A DNA stretch of 64,000 bases from Setoptus koraiensis (taxonomy: Eukaryota > Animalia > Arthropoda): the NCBI GenBank assembly GCA_048013815.1, contig CM106585.1:12400001-12464000 (forward strand), in the 5' to 3' direction. Below are positions 15,000 through 26,946 of this stretch, piece by piece. The translations under genes were made by a program, and so were the position numbers. Positions within the stretch are counted from its first letter, which is position 1; each line of letters opens with the position of its first letter. The notes under the pieces are model-generated. The model saw nothing but the letters and a program-made list of their open reading frames with translations, did no database searches and had not been told where the DNA came from.

Positions 15000-16113
15000 A
15001 CACTAATGTCGTCCATTCTGTGGCGCGTAATATATGATATTGCCTCTAAATTTATTCAATGGCTTATATTGTATTGCAAAGTAATGGTCAGTTGTTGTCG
15101 TTGTAGTTGTGCGACCAGCGTTTAGTATTGACGCGAAGCAAAGGACGTCCGTTGTGGTAAAACAATAATTTACCATTTTTGCTGAATGTGTGACAATGAT
15201 TAAAAGAACAAAAGCATCGCAAACATCTAGCGCAAGTACACATGTATTGAAGATACAGTAGTGGTGGTTGTAGTTGCCGTAGCAAAGTCAGTTGTGATAA
15301 TAGCGATGTTTAGTTAGTAGTCAAATGTAGGGGAAAGAAAAACATACAGCATTAGATGGGATGCAAATGATTGTAGTAATTGCTTAAGCTATCCGCAAGA
15401 CTACTCTTGTTGTTGATTGGATCAGGTCAAGTGCTCATGTGAACAAACGAAGATAAACGAAAACTAGTGAGTAAACTGGTCACATGTGTTGGGCGACGGT
15501 TTCTACAATTGTACAATTGAGAACACTAAGTTTATAGGATCAACTGTTTTGTTTTTCAACAATTGTGTGGTAAGTTGCTGATTGTTGGTCAGTGATACAT
15601 TATCAAGAGATAAGATAAACAAGTGGCTAGTTATTGTTGTTGAGCGACCTGATCGATATGCATACATGTTTGTGCCATATGTATATGTTGTGGTTTACTT
15701 AAGCGAGCCATGTGGGCACCAGTAACAACAACAGCGGCTATTACCAAGTTATCATAGAGATAAGAGAGCCTAATAGAGCAACAACAAGTAATTTTGATTA
15801 TTTTCTCGTTCTCGTTAATGTTGTATTCATCTAGATCTTAGCAATAGTATTAAGTTTGATGGAATTCTCAATGCAGGCTCACAAGTGGAAAGAAGAATGT
15901 GAGAGAATGCAAGAGTTAATGCAAACAGAATGCTGAGTGTGTGAATGCGAGTGATAAGACTATTGATTGTCTGTCTGAACTTAATAAAGGTTGAATATTG
16001 CATCATAAAGAAGCTAGGTAGAGGATAGGTTTAAAACAATGAAAAGACAAATGAGTTTAAGTTTCGAAATGGGGAAAAGGAAAGAAGGACGAGCCGCGAA
16101 CAGGAGATACAGG

Positions 16114-16150
<37 letters not shown>

Positions 16151-19100
16151 AAGAAGGTGAGCAAGCGACGAGCGAATTGCAAAGTATCATGGCCAAACTA
16201 TTATAGGGTTGTCGACTATTATTATTATTATTATAACTATTGTTATTATTATTATTATTGCTATTATTATTATGTTGTTGTTGCTGTAGCTCGTCGTCGT
16301 CGTCGTCGTTAATCTGGTCGAATGTTGTCCCTCGCTAAATATATCGTATATCGTGTGTATGGCATGATGGCACAAACATTGGATGTTGAATCTCATTCCT
16401 ATATGTAATATGGCGCACGTCTGTTGTGTGTAACAACAGTAACAACAAGGCAACAACAACCAACAGCAACAACGACCAACAGCAACAACAACGAAATCAA
16501 AACGGCTGTCGAATGAGAAAGAATGTAAAGAAACATAATCATCATGACGAGAACATTAGAGTGAATATGTTAGAAGAATAAAGAGCGAGAGAGAGAGAGA
16601 GAGCCAAGAGTTTCCCTATGTTGTTGTTTTTGTTTTTGTCTGTTTATTAGCAACAAAATATGGACGTGAACAACATATAGTTTGTGAGATGAAAGAGTTA
16701 AAATGATAATTATGCACCACAAGCACAGCACTACAATATAGATATATAGCCCCAACGAACATTATACGAGTCGACTCTCTTATTATTAGTATTATGGCAT
16801 GGCACTACAACTAGCGAGCCAACACAACAGCAACAACAGAAACAACAACTATACACTAGTTAGCTTGTTGGGCAACATTGAGGCTGACATTTGAGATAGT
16901 CAGTTTACAAATTTTACTGTGTGTGTAGATACACGGTTATAGACCATTAGAGTCAGACATTCTCATCATTTGCTAACATTGGTCGCCTATAGTTGTATAG
17001 TGTGGAAGAGGATACACACACACATACATATATAATAATAAAGAGAGAGAGAGAGAGAAAGAATATTATTATTCTTATATTATCCCCTTCTCATCTTTCA
17101 TCTCATTACTACGATCTGTGTCTCGCTAGTGCTTGTGGTGGCGGTGTTAGTGGTGGTGCCAGTGCCAGCGCTTAGAGATACACATTGATGTTTGCGAGAA
17201 AAATATTATTAGTAAACTTGTAATCATCCTGATGAGTGTGTGTGTATCTATCATCGTAATAATCACGACGGTGATGAAGATGAATATTACACATGTATTA
17301 ATGCTCCTTGTTCATATTGTAGCTAGATTATTTAATGTCTTGTCTCTCTCGACTATCCCGGGCTGTGTCTGTTTCATTCGCGCGATCATCACCGGTGTTG
17401 TTGCGATGATGATGACTGTAATTGCCCCATTACACGCCAAGTGGCGTCTTGGCCTGTGTAGTCAAGGTGAAGAAATTGATTGGAATTTTGATGGATGCTG
17501 CTCCTTAGCAGCCAACCAGCCAGCCAGCCAGCCAGTCAGTCGCAAGATACTTGGCTGCACAACATACAACCAGCCATCTAATCGCGAACCTGTGCTCACC
17601 TTGGATGTGTCAGTGTTCAACTCGTCGCCGGCCTCAGTAGCATTGTTGTTGTTGGCTGTTGGCACCAACGGCCTACATACCCAAACGGGTACCCACCCAA
17701 ACATTGGGCCTGCGAGCATATAGTGCCGCTTGTGCGCCACTCAGTGAAGGAGGCCACTCAACGAAACCGTGAATACAACAACTGCAATAAATGTGTTATA
17801 GGCGACACTTGGGTATTGTTATCATAACGCTCTAGCGCCCCTGCAAACTAGGCCTATAAATCCATGTCGACCGTGTTGTTGTTGGCCTGTGCAGTCGCGC
17901 AATTGTCTACGGGTGTCCAAGATGGCAAGATGATGCGGTACCCGATTATGGGTGTTGTTGCTGTGACAACTGACTGTGATCAATATTGGGCGATAATTGA
18001 TTGATGACACACTTGTCATGTTGTTGCTCAGGCCAGATAACTGGCCATTTGCATCAGAGAGTTTCGGCAATCGCCCACTCGCAACTGGCCACTCTCAAGC
18101 CAGAAAATGGCGCTCACAACAGTTAAGCAAACATTGGCAGTTGTCTCCTTCGAGACCAACGGTTCCTTTCCTTGAATCCGACACACTCGACGCACACACA
18201 CACAGTCTCAGTTTTCGATTTGGGCTCTAGTTTATCTATTTCGTCGCTATTTGGGTTTGGGTTCAACCGTGCAAACACAACAATAATAATTGTCACGGGG
18301 GCGCCGCTTGGACAGCACGACAGCTCGATTGTGGGCCGACGAATGTGCGAGGGCCAGTTGATCAAAAACAGTAAGATTAATACGGTGATGAGATTGAAAT
18401 AATTGAAAGCTAGCGTCACTCCGATCGATTGCATAAGCTGAGCAATGGCCAGCCGAAAAAAAAAATGAGTCACAATTGTTATTGACACAATTGCATTTAT
18501 GCGTGCGTTCCAATGAAACTGTGCCAGATCAAAGTTTGATCATCAGAGAGCGCCAGTGCCAATGCCAGTTTCAAATGAAACTTTAAGTGTGGCTGAAAGG
18601 GCAGTGTTAGTGTTGCGGTCGGGCATCGTATCAATTGTCATTAAACAAGTGAGATGGCATCGCCATTGAATGAGCAAGAGAACAATCAGATATTAGCGCT
18701 AGCATAAAAGCACCGTTAATGACGTTCTATTTGTTTTTCTCCATTTATTGTTGGCATGTGTTGGCGCTGGCATGCATTTTATTTGGCGATAATAACACAC
18801 ACACAACCGGCTTGCTAATTTGCTGGCTGGTAATATAGCAAGAAAGTCGTGCAATATGATCTGATCATTAGTTGATGTCGTTTAGTTGCGCCTTTTCAAT
18901 GAGCGATGCGCTCATTCAGCTCGATCCCTGGCGTCCGTGTGCGCAATCAGCGCAAGCAATTATCAATTGGACACCAGCGCTCACTTTGTTTGAATATAAA
19001 CGTAATTAATAAGATGATACAAGTTGTTAGAGCGACGGCAACAACGACGACGACAACAGCCACAACAGAGACGACAACAGCAGCCACAACAGCGACGACA

Positions 19101-19840
19101 ACGACAGCCACAACAGAGACGACAACAACAGCCACAACAGAGACGACAACAACAGCAACAACAGGCCGCACTAACGAGCCTGGCAGAGGGAGTGGTGGTG
19201 GCCCTAAGACTGGATAGATGGATGGGCATAGCACAATGAAAGTAGTTACATAGAAATAATAACAAGTATCTCTGGCTTGCACCACCACATCCTGCTGGCT
19301 GCCAAGTGTTTGCCAAACGCTTGTCCCCCTCCCCTCTCGCCAGCAACAACAACAGTAACAACGGCGACAACAACAACAGCAGCAGCAGCGGCGGCAGCAA
19401 CAACAGCGACGACGACAACAACAGCAACAACAGAGACGACGACAGCAGCAGCAGCCGCTTCGAACGAAGAAGCACCATTCGCAAAAACGACTCGCAATGC
19501 GCAATCTCGCACCGCACTTGAGCATGCAGTGAGCGAGACAGTTCGACAACTAGAGAGAGAGAGAGAGAGAGAGAAACAGACACACAGACAGAGATAGAGA
19601 GAATCCATGAGACAGAGCGCCCCATTCGAACATTTCGCAAACGAGCGAGCGATCCAACCGCAAGCACCAACTTAAACCCACGAGAGCCGACCAAACCACT
19701 TGAACTTTCGCGCCAGAAGCGGTTGCATCACAATTGGCGCGAACTCGTACACACACACACACACATACACACATAGAGTGAGAAAGCGAGAGAGAGAGAG
19801 GGAGAGAGAGAGCAAGAGAAAGAGAGCGAGAGAGAGAGAG
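15000..19840. repeat. Microsatellite-rich non-coding domain ((GA)n, (CAA)n, (ACA/ACG)n, (CA)n, (ATT)n)
   Basis: Many simple-repeat tracts (e.g. 16118-16147 GA, 19030-19160 ACA/ACG, 19790-19845 GA). The ORFs here are low-complexity translations only. Confidence 0.8.
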
Positions 19841-19844
19841 AGAG

Positions 19845-20131
19845 AAGCGTCAATTAACGCGCGCCAGTTAATGGTTAACAAAAACAACACACAATAACCC
19901 AATCACCGACAACAACACCAGAAATAATTGATTATTTGTCATTTTCAATCCAACTCACCAACTCACCAACTCACCTGACAGCACGTGCGCCGCCGGGACC
20001 GAAGCACGCACACACGCACACAAACACCGAGAGAGCGCAGCGCAGCACAGAAGAGCACAGCAACACTGACACGCACACCATAGGGCGTAATAATCAATTG
20101 TTTAATTGTTGCTGCTACCTGTGTGTGTGTA
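19845..20131 (+). promoter_or_regulatory. Conserved upstream non-coding region of DM gene copy 1
   Basis: A 50-bp block (19845-19894) matches 26557-26606 at 49/50. Further shared blocks run up to the ATG. Confidence 0.7.
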
Positions 20132-21679
20132 ATGTCATCGTCGCAGTCGCCCCATCGCAGCGCCAACGCAGCCACCACCAACAATAGTGGCCAGACCAAT
20201 AATAGCAGCATCAATAGCAGCAGCAACAACAACAACAACAGCAGCAGCAACAGCAGCAACAACAACAACAACAATGATGCAAATAATAGCAACAACAACA
20301 ACAAGCCCAAACGGAACCCGTTTTGTTCGCGGTGCCGCAATCATGGCAAAAGTGCCCAAGTGAAGGGCCACAAGCGACATTGTGAATATAGAGAATGCCA
20401 GTGCGAGGGCTGCAAACTTGTTGAATGTAGACAAATTGTATCGGCGGCGCAAATAAAGCGACGCCGCTACCAAAAACAAGACGAGGAATGTGGTAGACAG
20501 ATTGAGATAACACCGCCAAAATTCACACGTGAACCACCAGCAAATGATCCAGCAGCAATAATAGCATCAACATTGTATCACTCAAATCATCATCATCATC
20601 ACAATCACCACAACCATCATCAGCATCATCATCACCAGTCGGCACTCACCACGGCCACCACAATACAATTACCCACCCACGCTAGTGTTAATTTGGCCAC
20701 TTTGGTGCAGCAAGCGGCCAGCGCGAGCCAGCACCAATCGGCTGCAAGTGCAATGGCTTTGCAGCAGCATCAGCAGCAGCAGCTCACAACACCGCCGACC
20801 GCAACCACGCCAGCAAGCCTGAGAAATTGCTCTTTGCCCTCGGCGTCGTCGTCGCCCTCGTCGTCATCGTTGCACCTGTCCGCTGGCGCGGCAGTGGCGG
20901 CCGCCGCCGCAGCCGCAGCAGCACGTGCAGGTCACCATCATCACCAGCATCAGCACCACCAGCAGCAGCACCACCATCAGTCCATGGTGCACCATCAGTT
21001 GCACCTCCACCAACAACACCAGCAGCACCAACACCAGCAGCAGCAGCACCAACACCAACAGCAGCTTCAGCAGCAGCACCAACAACAGGCACAGTCTGAT
21101 CAGCTGACGGCGTCCTCGTCCGATCACAGTTCGCCGGCCGGCTCGCCCTGTGATCGCGTAGCCAGTGTCGATCGGGTCATCAATCCGGCTTTAGTGTTGC
21201 CGTTACACTTAAAAACAAGCGATTCCGCTGCCGGAAGTGGAGCGGCCTCGGCCGGCACGCCGACGCCCGTATCGGGCGGCGGTGGCGGCGGCGGCCAATC
21301 GGGTGTGCTGTTGCAGGCTCACAGCAACCAGCAGCAACAGCAATTGACATCATCTCAGTCTCTACTCAATCTCAATCTCACCACACAACAGCAGCAACAA
21401 CAGCAGCAGCACCAACATATTAATTTGAACCAATTGCAACAAATACAGCAATTGCAACTACAGCTACAACAGCACCACATTCAACGTCAGCACCATCACT
21501 CTCACCACCAGCATCACACAAGCGGCCAGCCGGCGAGCGCTGCGGCCGCCGTTGCCGCCGTTGCCTCGGCCAGCCAAATAACTGACCAGCTACCTGTGGA
21601 TTTGTCGGCGCTTGCTGCCCACTTGCAGGCGTCTGGCGCCAATTTGGCCGGCTGGCCGTTCAATCTGTACTCCATGTAG
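20132..21679 (+). CDS. dsx: Doublesex-like DM-domain transcription factor, copy 1 (single ORF, poly-Q/H/A C-terminal half)
   Basis: DM Zn motif CSRCRNHG...KGHKRHC...CQCEGC followed by RQ...AQ...RR..QKQDE, where QDE is typical of the dsx subfamily. ATG at 20132. Subfamily assignment is inferred. Confidence 0.8.
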   Translation: MSSSQSPHRSANAATTNNSGQTNNSSINSSSNNNNNSSSNSSNNNNNNDANNSNNNNKPKRNPFCSRCRNHGKSAQVKGHKRHCEYRECQCEGCKLVECRQIVSAAQIKRRRYQKQDEECGRQIEITPPKFTREPPANDPAAIIASTLYHSNHHHHHNHHNHHQHHHHQSALTTATTIQLPTHASVNLATLVQQAASASQHQSAASAMALQQHQQQQLTTPPTATTPASLRNCSLPSASSSPSSSSLHLSAGAAVAAAAAAAAARAGHHHHQHQHHQQQHHHQSMVHHQLHLHQQHQQHQHQQQQHQHQQQLQQQHQQQAQSDQLTASSSDHSSPAGSPCDRVASVDRVINPALVLPLHLKTSDSAAGSGAASAGTPTPVSGGGGGGGQSGVLLQAHSNQQQQQLTSSQSLLNLNLTTQQQQQQQQHQHINLNQLQQIQQLQLQLQQHHIQRQHHHSHHQHHTSGQPASAAAAVAAVASASQITDQLPVDLSALAAHLQASGANLAGWPFNLYSM

Positions 21680-22202
21680 CGTGTGCTAATAATAATAATA
21701 ATTGAGTTGGTGGCTGGCGGTTGCGCAACGAGCCTGGCAGCCGGAGCAGCAACGGCAGCGCCACAGCCACAGCAGACGGACGGCCGGCCGGCCGGACTAG
21801 CGGCCATTTTGGACATTTCGGCGGCTGGCATTCGGACGGGCGGGGAGTGGTCAGTGTGAGAGGCCACAAACAGGCCATAGCAGCGCAACGGCACAACAAC
21901 CAAACAACAACGGCAACGCAACAACCAAGCAACAACGGCAACACAACAACAACAACAGCAACACAACAACCAAACAGCAACAACGCGAGAGCAACACACT
22001 AACACAAGAGCAACAAAGAGTTAAATGGGAGTTGCGACAACAAGAACAATTTATGGCCAGTTTGCTTTCGTATTTTATCATCATCATCATCTCATTTTCT
22101 CGACTCACACACACACACACACACTCACACTGACAATGACTGAGTTTGTTGCGACTCGGCTATTAGCATCACACAGTTGCAATTTTAGTAGTATGGTTTT
22201 AG

Positions 22203-22238
<36 letters not shown>

Positions 22239-23844
22239 CGACGATGACGACGGCCTCTCACGTCTGTGCGCCAGTGCCGGCCGAGCTGGCCAACTGGTCA
22301 AATTGCTCAGACATCGCACACGCACTGACACGGACGAACCGACTGCTCGTCGGCCGGCTGACAGACGTAAAATAAATATTATGTTATTATATAACTCACT
22401 GTACCAACCGAGTGTGTACACACAGGCGAGGGGGACACAGCAACGGCAACAACATGTTGTTAGCGAGCCGAGTTCATGTAAGAAGCTGTTCATGTTCATG
22501 TAAGAATAACCATGATGAATAATAAACATTGACTCTCTCTTTTTTCTAAATTATTATTACCATTTTCATTATGACTCGCTGGCACACAACACGACCGCGC
22601 TGCCGGACCGCGGCCGGACCGCGGCCGCCACTCGCGGCTGCAGCTCGGGCGCTGCCGGACCGCGCCCGAGCCGCAGCAACCGGCCAAGCCGCGAACGGGC
22701 CGACGGGCGGAACTGTTGGCGCGCGCGGCGCGCCTATAATGCGCCGCAGCGACCACTGAGTCAGTGAGTGGCACTGACTGACAGATATGCAAAATGTGGT
22801 TCGCTCGCATGTGCGCTCGCTGTGTGTTTGTTCGACTGTGTGAGCGTTTGTTCGACGGTGTGTGCGCTTGTTCGACGCTCATATAGGTGGCCATGCACAA
22901 GTGCGCACACAATGAGCGAACAATGGCCAGCGCACACAGTGTTGCGTGTATGATTTATGTGCAGGCGCCTGTAGTGGCGAGGACGAGCCAGCGCGCACTG
23001 ACACGGCATATTTTTCGCCGCCGCTCACAATATAGGCCAGCTATGTGCGCGCCTATATCGATCAGCTGGCCACGGCGCGCTGGGCAGCCGGACCGGCGTG
23101 CGTGCCGCACGCCCGCGTGTGCACGTGTGCAACCAGTGCCCGTGAGAACGGCCTGCACAAACCCCCCGTCCAATTGACTCCAAACTTGCCGGCCCGGCAA
23201 GTTTGTTGTCGGGCGGCTGCGGCGGCTCGCAAGCGTCCGACCGTCGGCAGAGTTGCCCGCAGTTGCCCGCCGACGCAGACGGTCTGCGGCAGACCGGGCG
23301 CGCCGCGCAGCGGCCGGGCGAGCGTTCGCATCGGGCGCGCGCAACGACCCAAACGACCGGCCGGCCGGCCGGCCAGATGAGCCGCTAGTTAGTTACATTT
23401 AGTTAATAAGTACACACAATGATGTCTACTGTTATTGCGAATCGCTTATTACATATTACCAGCGCCGCCGATAATACACATTACATGGTTTCTCCCTCTA
23501 ACAAGCGAGGGGGATAATGGCGGCCATTAAAGTTGACGGCAGATTTGCCTCTTGGCCGGCTCTCGCTCCCCCTCGCTCCATGCATCGCTCACTGGCTGTC
23601 GCTCTCCGCGCTCCCCTCGATTCCAAAAAGATTCCGCGCGGGCCAAAGAGAGCGCGCGCCGCCGATGGAAGCGTCGCGAAATGTGAGCGCACAAAAAAAC
23701 TTGAGTATCTCGAATTAGCATTCAATTTCAGCGCACAGGGCATAACTTTTTGAAATCTCGCTCTGTCGTTATCAATCGTGAATGAATGACAACTCGTTTC
23801 ATTTAGTCTGTGTGCCGCTGCAGCCAATTGTGCTAAATGGGGTT

Positions 23845-23922
23845 GGCGGCCGACGGGGCGGCCGACGGGCGGCCAGTGGGGCGGCCAGTGGGGCGGCCGG
23901 TGGGGCGGCCGGTGGGGCGGCC
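23845..23922. repeat. ~12-bp GC-rich tandem repeat (7x GGCGGCC, six forming GGGCGG GC boxes)
   Basis: GGCGGCC at 23845, 23857, 23868, 23880, 23892, 23904 and 23916. Confidence 0.85.
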
Positions 23923-24063
23923 AACGGTGGCGAGCAATGGTGGCGACAGTTGTCGCCACTTTCGCACAGACGCACACGCAGTTTTTGCGCAACTTGCCGC
24001 GCGACATTGCACAGTTTGGTGACGTAACAAGGTTGTGTGTGTTGCGCCGCATTTCATTGCCAA

Positions 24064-24120
24064 TATCACCATCGCTGTTGTGTGATAGTATCACCATCGC
24101 TGTTGTGTGATAGTATCACA
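24064..24120. repeat. 25-bp direct repeat x2 plus partial (TATCACCATCGCTGTTGTGTGATAG)
   Basis: Exact copies at 24064-24088 and 24089-24113. Each has internally inverted TATCAC/GTGATA. Confidence 0.9.
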
Positions 24121-25409
24121 CTGTCACTGAGAACCGCTGTCGCTGTGCTAACGAGACGAGATGAGATTATTACTGGCAATGGTACACATAATGTATGTTG
24201 TGTAACATGGGCATAGTCAAGCAGTCAAGTATTTAGTGTACATGTCAGCTCGGCCAGTGAATTGAATTGCACGAATGCACCATCACCCAGTGACAGCATC
24301 GCGCTGTCAATGGGGGCAATATCACTTGCATGGCTTCGCTCGGTTTGCCGCTGTTGCTGTCGTTGTTTCCATTTTGTAGTAGCAAGATTTTTATTTATTA
24401 ATTTGCCACCATCTTGGCTGGAATTATCGTGTGTGTGTGTCGTACTATGCGACTCATAGTCGCTATGACATGGTGTGTCATAGTGTGAGAGCGAGAGCTT
24501 TATTTGTTGTCGCACAATAACAAACAAAGCATAATGGCACGTAACGCTGAAACGCGAGCGCCCGCTCGCCAAGCGACAGGGCTGGCTCCCCTTTCTGGCT
24601 GGCTGTCGCTAATTTGCATATCACAAGTTTGAGCGCTGTGAGCGTCGCAGTGCGTGCCTGCACCAACACCGTGCACGTGTCTGAGCGGCCAGTTTGTGGG
24701 GCCTGCCGATTGGATTGCGCACTCTGCACTCTGCAAGATGACTGCTGGCGCTGGCCGGCCGGCCGGCCGCAGTGTGGACTGCACAGTGCGGACTGGTCGG
24801 TGCGGACCCCTCGGCGCGGACTGGTCGGCGCAAAGCTGCGCACCAAGGCGCACCAAGGCGCACGAAAGCGCAAGTAAGCCGCGGACGGGAGCTGCGGCGA
24901 CGGATTGAAAAAGAAGTGCTGCCCGTCGGAGACATCGGCAAAAAGGCAGACGTTGTTGTATGTGTGTGCATCGTTAGTGGATATTGCTAATTTAGTTGAT
25001 TACATGTATATTTGAGCACATGTTTAACAGCGCAGCGGGTGTGCCAGCGCAGTCAGCAAGTACTTTTGTGACTCTGTTTCGATCGGTTATTTTCGAGTGC
25101 TCGCAGCCAAGCAATGGCATGCACAAGGTATGCGTCTGGCTGGTCGTTGTGTCGTTGTTGCGTCGCTGTTGTGCGTCGCTGTTGTGTCGCTGTTGTGTCG
25201 TTGTTGTGTGTGTCGTTGTTGTGTGTGTCGCTGTTGTGTGTGTCGTTGTTGCAGTTGCAACATTGGCGTAGCTCGACGGAGCGCATGTATTTGTATATTT
25301 ATACAAATACTACAAATAAATATAAATAAAATCAAACACGCACACCATATAATGGTATCTAGTGTGGCATCGCAGCGCATTACGCTCGCACTGGATAGTT
25401 GTTCAGTGG

Positions 25410-25474
25410 CAGACTCTGCTGAACAGACTGCTGCTGAACAGACTCTGCCGAACAGACTCTGCTGAATAGACTCT
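25410..25474. repeat. 14-15 bp tandem repeat (CAGACTCTGCTGAA) x4.5
   Basis: Units start at 25410, 25424, 25439, 25453 and 25467. Confidence 0.85.
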
Positions 25475-26120
25475 ATTCAGGGACGCTCGTCGGCAAGCTT
25501 GCGACGAATTTCGCAACAGCGTCGCAGGTTCAAGCTGCAGCCCGACAGCCAATACGGCGACAGCCAATACAGCGGCAGCGACAGCAATACAGCAACGATA
25601 TCCAATAAGCGGCAGACAGTAAAAAACGCACACACACACGCACACGCACACATGCACCTAGGCACACAAAACAAGGAAGTGTGCCTAGCTAGCCGCAGCG
25701 AGCGAGCCCAAGTGAGTGATCAGCACATGGTGCCTTATAGCCATGCTATGACGGCTACGAGGCTGCAAGGCTGTGTGCTATGCGCTACGAGTGGTAGCTA
25801 TGAGCCGAGGTAGCTATGAGCTGTTGCAGCAGTGGCGGCAGTGGCTGCTGATCTTGCCTGTGTCCTAAAGGGTGTCTCAATCAAGCGACGAAGTTTGCAC
25901 GGCGAACGCTGGCGCGCTCGCTGCAGCTTGTGAGCGGCGCATTTCGGCGCTCAGCTGATTCGCTATGGTAATGTGTGTGCAGAGTGCGGTGCTTGTGGAC
26001 CTTCGTGTCGCTCGCTGATTGAGACACCCTTTATAAAATGTGTCTGCGAGGAAAAGGCGACAAATCGGCACTAACCGTATGTATCTTGTTTTGTCGTCGA
26101 ACTCACCAGAGCCAGCGCTA

Positions 26121-26159
<39 letters not shown>

Positions 26160-26556
26160 CCATCTATTTATATACATCATACATCACATAGTATTAATAA
26201 TTGTATACAACAACATCGTCGGCATCATCGTCATTATTACGGCCGCTACCACACACCATTTCTGCCTAATAAAATAAAACAGTTAGATATTGCCCATATC
26301 TGATTGTTTTATTTTGTTAGGTGGAAACAACAGCAGCAACTACTAATTTGCTAATTAACACGACAATATTACGACCACAAAAATTAAATTAGATTATTAA
26401 ATTAATTAACTAGCTAGCTTATATAATATAAGATATTTAGTGAGAGAGACAGTGAGACAGAGACAAAGAGCGAGACACACACACACAGATTGAGATTCAG
26501 ATTGAGAGTTAGATAATTGCAGACACACAACAGTGAGACAGAGAAACAGCGACCAC

Positions 26557-26822
26557 AAGCGTCAATTAACGCGAGCCAGTTAATGGTTAACAAAAACAAC
26601 ACACAACCCAAATACCAACAACAACAACCAACCAACCAGAAATAACTGATTGTTTTGTTGTTGTTTCATTTTAAATTCAACTCACACCTGACTGTACGTG
26701 CGCCGCCGGGACATAAGCACGCGCGCACACACACACACACACACGCAGCACAGCAACACTGACACGCACACCATAGGGCGTAATAATCAATTTTTTAATT
26801 GTTGCTGCCACTTGTGTGTGTA
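26557..26822 (+). promoter_or_regulatory. Conserved upstream non-coding region of DM gene copy 2
   Basis: Paralogous to 19845-20131, with conserved blocks separated by divergent microsatellite spacers. Confidence 0.7.
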
Positions 26823-26914
26823 ATGTCATCATCGCAGTCGCCCCATCGCAGCGCTAACGCAGCCACCAACATCAGTAGTGGCCAGACCGATAATAGCAGC
26901 AGCAACAACAGCAG

Positions 26915-26946
<32 letters not shown>

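Noticed and set aside
14700-19900. Numerous 60-240 aa ORFs (poly-T, poly-C, poly-L, poly-V)
   Set aside because: They are translations of microsatellites on several frames, with no domain content or splice support.
21700-26400. Many overlapping Arg/Ala/Pro/Cys-rich ORFs between the DM genes
   Set aside because: Expected from high GC (few stop codons) and simple repeats. None shows recognisable motifs.
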